Below are positions 53,407 through 62,684 of a stretch of 64,000 nucleotides of DNA, in pieces. The stretch lies in NCBI GenBank assembly GCA_021531255.1, contig JAFBIO010000004.1; one strand, 5' to 3'. Source of the DNA: Allofournierella massiliensis (lineage in GTDB: Bacteria; Bacillota; Clostridia; Oscillospirales; Ruminococcaceae). A model generated the notes under the pieces. The model saw only the letters and a list, made by a program, of their open reading frames with translations, did no database searches and had not been told where the DNA came from. The position numbers were made by a program, and so were the translations under genes. Position 1 is the stretch's first letter, and every line of letters begins with the position of its first letter.

Positions 53407-54627
53407 ATGAAATGGATCGAAGGCGGCATCTGTGCCGCAAAAGGCTTCAAGGCCTCCGGTGTGCACTGCGGCATCCGCAGCGGCCGCACCAAGGAGGACC
53501 TGGCGCTGATCTGCAGCGATACCCTCTGCAGCGGCGCGGCCGTATATACCACCAATAAGGTCTGCGGGGCCCCCATCAAGGTGGACCGCCGCCATCTGGC
53601 CGACGGCAAGGCCCAGGCCATCATCTGCAACAGCGGCAACGCCAACACCTGCGCCCCCGGCGGCGAACACCTGGCCGAGGAGACCTGCAAGCTGGTGGCA
53701 AAAGAGCTGGGCATCCCCGCCGGCAATGTGCTGGTCTGCTCCACCGGCGTGATCGGCCAAGCCATGGAGCTGGCCCCCTTTGAGGCGGGCGTGCCCATGG
53801 CGGCCAAGGCCCTGGAGGAAGGGTCCCAGGGCTCCCTGAAGGCGGCCCGGGCCATCATGACCACCGACACCCACGAAAAGCAGGCGGCGGTGGAATTCGA
53901 ACTTTCCGGCCACACCTGCCACCTGGGCGCCATTGCCAAGGGCAGCGGCATGATCAACCCCAACATGGCCACCATGCTGCTTTTCCTCACCACCGACGCA
54001 GCCATCAGCAGCGAGATGCTTCAGAAGGCCCTCAGTAAGGATGTGCCCTCCACCTTCAACCAGATCAGTGTGGACGGCGATACTTCCACCAACGATACCG
54101 TGCTGCTGCTGGCCAACGGGATGGCCGGCAACCCCCAGATCACTGCGGAAGGGGCGGATTACTTCACCTTCTGCCAGGCTCTCCACATGGTGGCCGAGAA
54201 GATGTGCCGGGAGCTGGCCGGCGACGGGGAGGGCTGCACCAAACTGCTGGAATGCGTGGTCACCGGCGCGCCCACCGTGGCCGTGGCCCGGGCGGTATCC
54301 AAGACGGTCATCCAGTCCGACCTGCTCAAATCCGCCATGTTCGGTCAGGATGCCAACTGGGGCCGGATCCTCTGTGCCATAGGCTATACCCCCGGGGATT
54401 TCTCGGTGGATAAGGTGCGGGTCTGGCTGGAAAGCAAGGCCGGCCAGGTGTATGTGTGCGAAAACGCCGCCTACCACGAGTACAGCGAGGAAGAGGCAGC
54501 CAAGGTGCTGGCCGAAAAGGAGATCCGCATTCTGGTAGACCTGGGTCAGGGCGACCAGACCGCCAAGGCCTGGGGCTGCGATCTGACCTATGACTATGTA
54601 AAGATCAACGGGGATTACCGTACATAA
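53407..54627 (+). CDS. argJ: Bifunctional glutamate N-acetyltransferase / amino-acid acetyltransferase
   Basis: ArgJ family with ATML autoprocessing site (NMATMLLF). Confidence 0.9.
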   Translation: MKWIEGGICAAKGFKASGVHCGIRSGRTKEDLALICSDTLCSGAAVYTTNKVCGAPIKVDRRHLADGKAQAIICNSGNANTCAPGGEHLAEETCKLVAKELGIPAGNVLVCSTGVIGQAMELAPFEAGVPMAAKALEEGSQGSLKAARAIMTTDTHEKQAAVEFELSGHTCHLGAIAKGSGMINPNMATMLLFLTTDAAISSEMLQKALSKDVPSTFNQISVDGDTSTNDTVLLLANGMAGNPQITAEGADYFTFCQALHMVAEKMCRELAGDGEGCTKLLECVVTGAPTVAVARAVSKTVIQSDLLKSAMFGQDANWGRILCAIGYTPGDFSVDKVRVWLESKAGQVYVCENAAYHEYSEEEAAKVLAEKEIRILVDLGQGDQTAKAWGCDLTYDYVKINGDYRT

Positions 54628-54671
54628 GCGGGGCCCGTTCCACCACTGACTGACGAAAGGGGACAGGGAGC

Positions 54672-55529
54672 ATGAAAAACGAACAGATGGCCCAGCTCTT
54701 CAGCGAGGCCACGCCTTATATCCAGAAGTACCACGGCTCCACCATGGTGATCAAATACGGCGGCAACGCCATGATCAACGAGGAGCTGAAAAGCGCCGTT
54801 ATGAACGATCTGATCACCCTGACCCTTTTGGGGGTACGGGTGGTGCTGGTGCACGGGGGCGGCCCCGCCATCAATCAGACTCTCAAGGCCATCGGCCATG
54901 AGAGCCGGTTTGTAAACGGGCTGCGCTACACCGATGAGGTGACCATGCGGGTGGTGCAGCAGGTGCTGGCCGGGGAAGTGAACAAGGACCTGGTGGCTCT
55001 GCTGCGGGGCCGGGGCGTGGGCCTTTGCGGAATGGATGGTCAGATGATCACCTGCAGCCGCAAGAGCGACGCGGACCTGGGCTATGTGGGGGAGATCGAC
55101 TATGTGAACACCACCCTCATCACCCATCTGCTGGATAACGCCTTCATCCCGGTGATCGCCACCCTGGGCATGGATGAAAACGGCGTGGCCTACAACATCA
55201 ACGCCGATACCGCTGCCGCCCGCATCGCCATTGCCCTCAAGGCTGAAAAGCTGGTGAGCATGACCGATATCGCCGGCCTGCTGCGGGATAAGGATGACGA
55301 GAGCACCCTCATCCCCAGTGTGGAGGTAAGCGAGATCGAAGGCTACAAGAACCAGGGTGTTATTTCCGGCGGCATGATCCCCAAGATCGACGGCATGGCC
55401 GACGCCATCTACCAGGGCGTCCACGAGGCCTGCATCATCGATGGCCGGGTACCTCACTCCATCCTGCTGGAGATCTTCTCCGACAGAGGCAGCGGCACCC
55501 TGTTCTATCGCCGCGGCTACGGCAGGTAA
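54672..55529 (+). CDS. argB: Acetylglutamate kinase
   Basis: VIKYGGNAM...VLVHGGGP amino-acid kinase motifs. Confidence 0.92.
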   Translation: MKNEQMAQLFSEATPYIQKYHGSTMVIKYGGNAMINEELKSAVMNDLITLTLLGVRVVLVHGGGPAINQTLKAIGHESRFVNGLRYTDEVTMRVVQQVLAGEVNKDLVALLRGRGVGLCGMDGQMITCSRKSDADLGYVGEIDYVNTTLITHLLDNAFIPVIATLGMDENGVAYNINADTAAARIAIALKAEKLVSMTDIAGLLRDKDDESTLIPSVEVSEIEGYKNQGVISGGMIPKIDGMADAIYQGVHEACIIDGRVPHSILLEIFSDRGSGTLFYRRGYGR

Positions 55530-55545
55530 GGAGGAAGAATAAAGA

Positions 55546-56736
55546 ATGGAAACCATAGATTCCAAAACCATCATGGAGCTGGACGAGAAATACGTCCTGC
55601 CCACCTACGGCCGCAACCCGGTGGCCCTGGTGCGGGGCAAGGGCCTGCGCGCCTGGGATGCCGAGGGGAAAGAATATCTGGACTTCACCTCCGGCATCGG
55701 GGTCAACGGTCTGGGCTACTGCCCGGACGGCTGGGTGGAGGCGGTGAGCCGCCAGGCAGCCACCCTCCAGCACACCTCCAACCTTTACTACACCCGGCCC
55801 TGCGCCCAGCTGGCCCAGAAGCTCTGCCAGCGCACCGGCCTGGATAAGGTGTTCTTTGCCAACAGCGGCGCCGAAGCCAACGAGGGGCTGATCAAGGCCG
55901 CCCGCAAATACAGCGCGGACAAATACGGCGAGGGACGGAGCACGGTGGTCACCCTCGTCAACAGTTTCCACGGCCGTACTCTGGCCACCCTCACCGCCAC
56001 CGGGCAGGAGGTGTTCCACCACTACTTCGGCCCCTTCAACGACGGGTTTGTCTATGTGCCCGCCAATGACCTGGAGGCCCTGAAAAAAGCCTGCGAGGAA
56101 CACCCGGTCTGCGCCCTGCTCATGGAAATGGTCCAGGGCGAGGGCGGCGTGACCGCCCTGGAGAAAGGGTTTGTCAAGGAAGCGGCCGCCTACTGCGCCG
56201 AAAAGGATATCCTGGTGCTGGCGGACGAGGTGCAGACCGGCATCGGCCGCACCGGCACCTTCCTGGCCTGCGAGCAGTATGGCCTTGTGCCGGACGGCAT
56301 CAGCCTGGCCAAGTGCCTGGGCGGCGGCCTGCCTTTGGGGGCTGTGGTCCTGGGCGAAAAGATGGCCAAGGGCATGGGCAAGGGTACCCACGGCTCCACC
56401 TTTGGCGGCAACCCGGTGGCCTGCGCCGGCGCCAACGTAGTGGTGGATGCCATCAGCGAGGAATTCCTGGCCCAGGTGCGCCGCAAGGCTGAGATTCTGC
56501 GGGCCAAGCTTTCCGCTCTGCCCCATGTGAAGCAGGTGAGCGGCCTGGGGCTGATGATCGGCCTGGAGCTGGAAGAGGGCATCCAGGCAGCCGACGTGCT
56601 GGCAAAATGCCAGGAGAAGGGCCTTTTGGTGCTCACGGCCAAGACCCGCCTGCGCCTGCTGCCCGGCCTGATCCTGACCGAAGCCGAGATCGATGAGGCG
56701 GCCGGCATACTGGAAGATGTGCTGAAAAGCTTTTAA
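55546..56736 (+). CDS. argD: Acetylornithine aminotransferase
   Basis: Class III PLP aminotransferase. DEVQTGIGRTG, with the PLP lysine in LAKCLGGG. Confidence 0.9.
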   Translation: METIDSKTIMELDEKYVLPTYGRNPVALVRGKGLRAWDAEGKEYLDFTSGIGVNGLGYCPDGWVEAVSRQAATLQHTSNLYYTRPCAQLAQKLCQRTGLDKVFFANSGAEANEGLIKAARKYSADKYGEGRSTVVTLVNSFHGRTLATLTATGQEVFHHYFGPFNDGFVYVPANDLEALKKACEEHPVCALLMEMVQGEGGVTALEKGFVKEAAAYCAEKDILVLADEVQTGIGRTGTFLACEQYGLVPDGISLAKCLGGGLPLGAVVLGEKMAKGMGKGTHGSTFGGNPVACAGANVVVDAISEEFLAQVRRKAEILRAKLSALPHVKQVSGLGLMIGLELEEGIQAADVLAKCQEKGLLVLTAKTRLRLLPGLILTEAEIDEAAGILEDVLKSF

Positions 56737-56784
56737 GGCCGGGGCAGCCCTTGCCCCTGGCTTACAGGAAAGAAGGAGAGACCC

Positions 56785-57699
56785 ATGAAACATCTGCTGA
56801 AAATGAGCGACCTCACCCGGGAGGAGCTGTTCCATATCCTGGATGTGGCCGATGAACTGAAAGCCGACCGGAAAGCGGGCCGGCCCCACCCCTATCTGGC
56901 TGGCAAGACGGTGGCGCTGATCTTCGCCAAGGCCAGCACCCGCACCCGCACCAGCTTCGAGGTGGGCGTTTACCAGCTGGGGGGCCTGGGCACCTACCTG
57001 AACGCTACCACCGAGATGCAGATCGGCCGGGGCGAGCCCATCCAGGATACTGCCCGGGTACTGGGCCGGTATTACGACGGCATCATGATCCGCACCTTCA
57101 AGCAGAGCGATGTGGAGGCCCTGGCTCAGTACAGCGGTGTGCCGGTGATCAACGGCCTGACCGATTACTGCCATCCCTGCCAGGTTCTGGCAGACCTGCA
57201 GACCATCCGGGAATTCAAGGGTGGCTTTGAGGGGCGGAAAGCCTGCTTTATCGGGGACGGCAACAATATGGCCAACAGCCTGATCGTGGGCTGCCTGATG
57301 GCGGGCATGTCCTTTACCGCCGTTTGCCCGGAGGATTACCGCCCGGCGGCGGATGTGCTGGACTATGCCCAGAAATTCCCCGGCAAGTTCCAGCTCTGCA
57401 CCGACCCCAAGGAGGGCGCCGTAGGCGCGGATGTTCTCTTCACCGACGTGTGGACCAGCATGGGCGAAGAGGCCGAGACCGAAAAGCGCCGCAAGGCCTT
57501 CCGGGGCTACCAGATCAATGAGGAAGTACTGGCCCTGGCCAACCCGGGCTGCATGGTGCAGCACTGCCTGCCCGCCCACCGGGGCGAGGAAATCACCGCA
57601 GAGGTCTTTGAAGCCCATGCGGCCGAGATCTTTGAGGAGGCGGAAAACCGCCTGCATGCCCAGAAGGCGGTCATGGCTATCCTGATGGGCGGCAAGTAA
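56785..57699 (+). CDS. argF: Ornithine carbamoyltransferase
   Basis: STRTR carbamoyl-phosphate motif plus HCLP. Confidence 0.92.
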   Translation: MKHLLKMSDLTREELFHILDVADELKADRKAGRPHPYLAGKTVALIFAKASTRTRTSFEVGVYQLGGLGTYLNATTEMQIGRGEPIQDTARVLGRYYDGIMIRTFKQSDVEALAQYSGVPVINGLTDYCHPCQVLADLQTIREFKGGFEGRKACFIGDGNNMANSLIVGCLMAGMSFTAVCPEDYRPAADVLDYAQKFPGKFQLCTDPKEGAVGADVLFTDVWTSMGEEAETEKRRKAFRGYQINEEVLALANPGCMVQHCLPAHRGEEITAEVFEAHAAEIFEEAENRLHAQKAVMAILMGGK

Positions 57700-57726
57700 G
57701 CTCCATCGAAAAATTTTCCGGCAGGG

Positions 57727-57762
57727 AAGAGCCGGGGCGTTGACGGGCCCCGGCTCTTTTGC
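57727..57762 (+). terminator. Rho-independent terminator of the arg operon
   Basis: gaagagccggggc-gttgacg-ggccccggctc followed by TTTTG. Confidence 0.8.
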
Positions 57763-57814
57763 TATAATCTGATTTAGTGTTTTGCGGTTTTCCGCAGGGC
57801 AGAAGCAAGAATAT

Positions 57815-57903
57815 GCAGCGGTATCGAAGCGGTCATAACGGGGCTGACTCGAAATCAGTTTGTGGGTAACCACACGAGGGTTCGAATCCCTCCCGCTGCG
57901 CCA
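57815..57903 (+). tRNA. tRNA-Ser (anticodon CGA), type II with long variable arm
   Basis: Acceptor gcagcgg/ccgctgc, anticodon stem gctga/tcagt, loop cTCGAaa giving CGA. Variable-arm hairpin tgtgg-gtaa-ccaca. T-arm gaggg-TTCGAAT-ccctc. Discriminator G plus encoded CCA. Confidence 0.75.
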
Positions 57904-57920
57904 AAGCGCCTTCGGCGCTG

Positions 57921-57957
57921 GGCACAGGAGGCTCACAGGGCTTCCTGTGCCTTTTTC
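57921..57957 (+). terminator. Rho-independent terminator after tRNA-Ser
   Basis: gcacagga...tcctgtgc followed by CTTTTTCC. Confidence 0.7.
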
Positions 57958-57990
57958 CATTTTGTCCCGTAAAACCGGAAGGACAATGCC

Positions 57991-58762
57991 ATGAAATACT
58001 ATGTGGCGGCCGATCTGCACGGCTTTTTTGACCCCTTTTGGGCAGCTCTGCAGGAACAGGGTTTCTTTTCCGACACGGCTGCCCATAAGCTGATCCTCTG
58101 CGGGGAGCTGTTCGACCGGGGGCCCCAGGCGGCCGAGCTGCAAAAATTCCTTCTGGAACTGCTGGCGAGGGATGAACTCATCCTGATCCGAGGCAATCAT
58201 GAGGATCTGACCCTGGAACTTCTCCGGAACTGGCATCTGGGCAGCTATAAAAAACGATACCATATTGCTAACGGCACGGTGGATACGGTCTGCCAGCTAA
58301 CGGGGGCAGACCGGGAAGACCTGGAGAAAAACGGAAGAGGTGGGAAGAAAATTCCTGCATACCCCCTATATCCAAACCCTGATCCCGGCCATGCGGGATT
58401 ATTATGAGACCTCCCGCTATATTTTTGTCCATGGATGGATCCCCTGCGGATTTATTCCCTATTCCCCGCTGGTGGCCGAATACCTGTACATGGATGGCTG
58501 GCGGTAGGCGGAAAAAGAGCAGTGGGAAAAAGCCCGGTGGATCAATGGTATGGATGCCGCCTACGGCGGGGTGACCGAGCCGGGCAAAACCATTGTCTGC
58601 GGCCACTGGCACTGTTCCTATGGCCATGCCTACTATGAGGGCAGGGGCGGCGAGTTTGACCAGGACCCGGATTTTACCCCCTATTACGGCAAGGGGATCA
58701 TTGCGCTGGATGCCTGTACCGTCCACTCCGGGCGGGTGAACTGTATCCTGCTGGAAGATTGA
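57991..58762 (+). pseudogene. Metallophosphoesterase (PPP-family Ser/Thr phosphatase-like), disrupted by a +1 frameshift in an A5 run (about 58327-58331) and an in-frame TAG (58505-58507)
   Basis: Frame 1 encodes MKYYVAADLHGFFDPF...GDLFDRG...RGNHED up to LEK. Frame 2 continues TEEVGRKFLHTPYIQTLIPAMRDYYETSRYIFVHGWIP...GWR, then TAG, then AEKEQWEKARW...CGHWH to the end. Confidence 0.75.
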
Positions 58763-58791
58763 GCGGCAGAGAGGGAAAGGAGCAAAGAAAG

Positions 58792-60213
58792 ATGGCCCTT
58801 TGGGGTTCGGGTGAAAAACAGAACCAGGCAAGGCAGGTGGATTTTTCCTCGGGGAATGTCCGGCGGAACGTGCTGGCGGTGGCGGCGCCCATGCTGGTGG
58901 CGCAGGTACTGAATCTGCTGTACAACATTGTGGACCGAATCTATATCGGCAAGATCCCGGGGGAGGGCACCCTGGCCCTGGCGGGGCTGGGGCTGTGCTT
59001 CCCGGCCATTACCCTCGTCACCGCCTTTGCCAACCTGTTCGGGGTGGGCGGCTCGCCCCTGTGCTCCATCGCCCGGGGCCGGCAGGATCAGGAAGGCGCC
59101 CGGAAGATCATGGCCAACGCCTATTTCATGCTGCTGGTCACAGGTGTATTGCTTACCGGGGCGGGCATCCTGTTTCACCGCCCCATTCTGTACCTGTTTG
59201 GGGCCAGCCAGGATACCTACCCCTATGCGGGTTCTTACCTGACCATCTATCTGCTGGGCACGGTTTTTGTCATGACCTCCCTGGGGCTTAACCCCTATAT
59301 CAACAGCCAGGGCTTTGCCCGGGTGGGGATGCTCACCGTGCTGTTGGGGGCGGTGGCCAATATCCTGCTGGATCCGATCTTCATCTATCTTTTGGGGATG
59401 GGCGTGCAGGGGGCGGCGGTGGCCACCGTGATCTCCCAGGCCCTGTCGGCTGCCTGGGTGCTGCGGTTCCTTACCAGTTCCCGGGCCGAGCTGCGGCTGG
59501 ATTTTAAGGGATTTTGGCCGGATTTTGCCTGTATCCGCCGGATTGCGGCCCTGGGGGCTTCCAGCTTTGTTATGTCCTTTACCGACAGCCTGGTGCAGGT
59601 GGCCTGCAACTCCACCCTCCGGGTTTTTGGCGGGGATATCTATGTGAGCGTGATGACCGTCATCAATTCGGTGCGGCAGATTGCCCAGACCCCGGTTATG
59701 GCCCTGTCGGACGGCGCTTCCCCCATCATCAGCTACAACTACGGCGCCCGCCGAGTGCCCAGGGCCCGCCTGGCCATCCGGTTCATGACCCAGCTGGGTT
59801 TTCTGTATACCCTGGTAAGCTGGGGGCTCATCTCCCTGTTCCCCGCCTTCTTTATCCGGATCTTCAACCATGAACCCGCCCTGCTGGAAGCGGCGGTGCC
59901 CTCCCTGCATATTTATTTCTTCGGTTTTGTGATGATGGCCTTCCAGTTTGCGGGCCAGAGCGTTTTCAAATCCCTGAACAAGGCCAAAAAAGCGGTGTTC
60001 TTCTCCCTGCTGCGCAAGGCCGTCATTGTGGTGCCGCTCACCCTGATCCTGCCCCGTGTGGGCGGGCTGGGGGTGCGGGGTGTTTTCCTGGCCGAGCCCA
60101 TCTCCAACCTGATCGGGGGCCTGGCCTGCTACATCACCATGCGCCGCACCGTATACCCGGAACTGGCAGAAATGGAAAAAGAGCCCGGCCGATCCGCTTT
60201 AAAAACGGATTGA
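58792..60213 (+). CDS. MATE family efflux transporter
   Basis: RBS AAAGGAG. Twelve TMs. MATE N-terminal motif (LAVAAPMLVAQVLNLLYNIVDRIYIG). Confidence 0.85.
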   Translation: MALWGSGEKQNQARQVDFSSGNVRRNVLAVAAPMLVAQVLNLLYNIVDRIYIGKIPGEGTLALAGLGLCFPAITLVTAFANLFGVGGSPLCSIARGRQDQEGARKIMANAYFMLLVTGVLLTGAGILFHRPILYLFGASQDTYPYAGSYLTIYLLGTVFVMTSLGLNPYINSQGFARVGMLTVLLGAVANILLDPIFIYLLGMGVQGAAVATVISQALSAAWVLRFLTSSRAELRLDFKGFWPDFACIRRIAALGASSFVMSFTDSLVQVACNSTLRVFGGDIYVSVMTVINSVRQIAQTPVMALSDGASPIISYNYGARRVPRARLAIRFMTQLGFLYTLVSWGLISLFPAFFIRIFNHEPALLEAAVPSLHIYFFGFVMMAFQFAGQSVFKSLNKAKKAVFFSLLRKAVIVVPLTLILPRVGGLGVRGVFLAEPISNLIGGLACYITMRRTVYPELAEMEKEPGRSALKTD

Positions 60214-60238
60214 CCGGGCTCCCGCCCGGGGCAGAGCC

Positions 60239-61144
60239 TTATGCCTCGGGTCGGCCTTTGCCCAGCAGGGCGGAAAGCTGACTAAGCACGCCGCCGCTGC
60301 CGTTCAGGTTGATGCTGCCCACATTCTCGCAGATGCGCTCCAGATACTCCAGCTCCTTGAGCTTGCAGAGGGTCTGGTTTTCTTCCATCAGGCGGGCTGT
60401 GTTCAGCAGCGAACGGGTAGATGCCACCTCCTCCCGGCGGGTGATTACATTGGCCTGGGCCCGCTTTTCCGCCAGCAGCACCGTGTTCATGATCTCCCGG
60501 ATGTTGCCGGGCAGCACGATGTCCTTGACGCCCCCGTCCGTGATCTCCACAAAGAAGTCCTTGCCCCGGCTTTTCAGCTTTTCCAGCACCAGGCGGGACA
60601 TTTCCTCCTTGCCGGCCAGCAACTCGTCCAGCCGATAGCGGGCCACATAGTCCCGCAGGGCCAGCTGGGCAGCAATATGGAGCTGCTCGGCGTAATCGTC
60701 GATCTCGGCGGCGATCCGCACATAGTCGGTGATCCGGTAGGTAAAGACAAAGTTGATCCGAAGAAAAACCTTGTCCTGGGTCATGATCTCCTGGCCGGTC
60801 AGGTCCATCTGCAGCAGCCGGGTATCCACAAGGTCCAGCTCCACCTGCACGGGCGTCTTCCAAAAGCAGTAGACGCCGGGCTCCAGAAGCCGATCCAGCT
60901 TTTTATCCAGATACAGCCGGGCCTTCTGGTAAGGGGCTACCTCTACCCGCTGGTACAGGTAGGAGGGGAGCTCCTGGAAGAGGTAGACAGGGAAGTCCTC
61001 TTCCACAAAGGGGCTGGTAAGGTCCACCAGGCGGAAGGTGTGGCCGCCGGCGACCTTCCGGAAGGCATGCCGGCCCTTGAGCAGGACGCCGGAAAAGTTG
61101 CCGTCCACAAAATGCAGGGCAAACTGGCGGTCGGCCACCTCCAC
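60239..61144 (-). CDS. SPFH/band-7 (slipin-like) domain protein
   Basis: SPFH core motifs (QEIMTQDKVFLRINFVFTYRITD...LLAEKRAQANVITRREEVA). Start reassigned to GTG about 61144 (VEVADRQ...) because the upstream 94 codons of the long ORF use rare codons. Confidence 0.65.
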   Translation of the reverse strand: MEVADRQFALHFVDGNFSGVLLKGRHAFRKVAGGHTFRLVDLTSPFVEEDFPVYLFQELPSYLYQRVEVAPYQKARLYLDKKLDRLLEPGVYCFWKTPVQVELDLVDTRLLQMDLTGQEIMTQDKVFLRINFVFTYRITDYVRIAAEIDDYAEQLHIAAQLALRDYVARYRLDELLAGKEEMSRLVLEKLKSRGKDFFVEITDGGVKDIVLPGNIREIMNTVLLAEKRAQANVITRREEVASTRSLLNTARLMEENQTLCKLKELEYLERICENVGSINLNGSGGVLSQLSALLGKGRPEA

Positions 61145-61545
61145 CGTGCAGATCTGAGCCGCGGCGGCCGGGGGCTTCAGCGGGCGCGGCCGCACCGGCG
61201 GGAAGGATTCTGGCCGATGGGTCTCGCCTGCGGAATCCGCCCCCGGGCAGGGCCCGGAACCCACCTGCGCCTTTATCCGGCCGGTGCCGGCAAAAGCGCG
61301 GGGCGGCAATCTGCTGCGTCCTATACCGGCGCCCGTCAGGGGCCGTTCAACTCGGGGTGCCTTGCGGCAATTGTCCCAGCCAAGGGGTAAGCGAAAGCGC
61401 TTACTGCAGGAATTGAACCTGCGCAACAGAACAGGAAAAGCCCGGCATACACGTCGGAAGTTCCTGGTGTACCGCGGTGAAGGTTATACACTCGGATCGG
61501 CTTCCCTGTGCCAACAGAATACCAGAACAGGAAGATTTTATCCCG

Positions 61546-61600
61546 GAAAAAAAGCTGCGAACTCTGCCGAAAGAGTTCGCAGCTTTTGTTTTTTTGGTAT
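61546..61600. terminator. Bidirectional terminator
   Basis: aaaaaaagctgcgaactct-gccgaaag-agagttcgcagcttttgttttttt. Confidence 0.85.
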
Positions 61601-61609
61601 AACAGGGGA

Positions 61610-62674
61610 TCACAGGCTTTCCATGCTTACCAGCTTCCAGTTCCCCTCCGAAAGGGCGGCGTACATCCGGTAATGCACCGGCAGCACCACCTGTTTGTAG
61701 CCAATGTTCACACGGTAATCCATTTTCAGTTCGATCCAGCAGCAATCGGGGCCAAGGCTGCCGCTGCCCAGAAATTCCTCATTTTCAAAGGAGGAGGACA
61801 CATGGTTGGTGTACCAGTAATTGTCCAGGGTACGCACCGTCTCCCGCAAGGTGGTATCGGGCCAGAGAAAGGCATCCACCTGGGAAAAATCTGCGTCCCG
61901 GGAAACATACCGCACATAGGTCTGGGCGGCGCTGCGGGCAAAACTTTCCAGCCCGGGCTGTTGGTCGGCAGGCACCGGGGCAGCCGCCCGGGCGCTGGTC
62001 TGGCCGGCCTGGGCCTCGGGCACCTCCACCTTCCAGCTGGTGCCGTCGGCCAGGCTGGCTTCCACCTCGGGCAGATTCACCAGGCCTTCCAGCCGGTATT
62101 CCAGCACCTGAGGAGGAGTGGGGAGTTCTTCGTATCCTTCGGCGGCCTGGGAAGAGACTGCCTCCTGGGCCGGCAGGGCCTTGCCGTTCACCGAAAGCGA
62201 CACATGGGCGGGGGCCAGCAGGGTGCAGGTGAGGGTCTGAGGGGAGGGCGGGATCACCTGCCAGGGCTCCCCCTCTTCTTCCCGGCGAAGTTCCAGCTCT
62301 ACGCTGCCGCCGGAGGCAATGACCTTTACGGTGCCCTCATTGCCCGTCAGCTGTTTGGAAAAACGCAGCTGATCCCGGTCGACGGGGATATCGGCAAAAA
62401 GCTCCTGCATGGCCTGACCATAAGCACCGGGGCGCTCGTAGGGAGAAAGGGAAAAACCGGAGCCCTGCAGCAGCTGTTCTTCGTCGGCCGAGGCGATATT
62501 CTGCAGGAAATCCGCCACGGCGGCTTCCGGGGAATTCTTTTCGTACTGGCTGAGGGAATGCCATAACTTGGCCAGCACAAGCACGCCGATCAGGGCCAGT
62601 GCCAGGCACCAGATGAGGAAAAACAGGCCGAACCCGCCGCGACGGCGGCGGGCAGGGGTGGACGATGAAGCCAT
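61610..62674 (-). CDS. Hypothetical membrane-anchored (type II) protein
   Basis: RBS AAGGAGG then ATG (MASSSTPARRRRGGFGLFFLIWCLALALIGVLVLA). N-terminal TM followed by an extracytoplasmic domain of unknown function. Confidence 0.6.
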   Translation of the reverse strand: MASSSTPARRRRGGFGLFFLIWCLALALIGVLVLAKLWHSLSQYEKNSPEAAVADFLQNIASADEEQLLQGSGFSLSPYERPGAYGQAMQELFADIPVDRDQLRFSKQLTGNEGTVKVIASGGSVELELRREEEGEPWQVIPPSPQTLTCTLLAPAHVSLSVNGKALPAQEAVSSQAAEGYEELPTPPQVLEYRLEGLVNLPEVEASLADGTSWKVEVPEAQAGQTSARAAAPVPADQQPGLESFARSAAQTYVRYVSRDADFSQVDAFLWPDTTLRETVRTLDNYWYTNHVSSSFENEEFLGSGSLGPDCCWIELKMDYRVNIGYKQVVLPVHYRMYAALSEGNWKLVSMESL

Positions 62675-62684
62675 ACTTGCCTCC

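Noticed and set aside
57800-57905. Possible tRNA-Sec (selC) because of the GGAAG... prefix and long variable arm
   Set aside because: Folding gives a 7-bp acceptor starting at 57815 and anticodon CGA in a standard 7-nt loop. A type II tRNA-Ser fits better than the 8/5 tRNA-Sec architecture with UCA.
49498-58263. Several 470-940 aa minus-strand ORFs antisense to the arg operon (49498..51297, 50993..52426, 52423..54477, 54615..55604, 55435..58263)
   Set aside because: They shadow seven colinear arg genes with strong RBSs. None has a start-codon context or a recognisable domain.
61145-61426. N-terminal 94-codon extension of the SPFH ORF from ATG 61426
   Set aside because: It has rare-codon usage and no SD. 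SPFH homology begins at a GTG near 61144. I treated it as 5' leader rather than coding, and flagged it under findings for verification.
61284-61673. 129-aa + strand ORF
   Set aside because: It runs through a bidirectional terminator and is antisense to the leader of the slipin gene, with rare-codon, Arg-rich translation.
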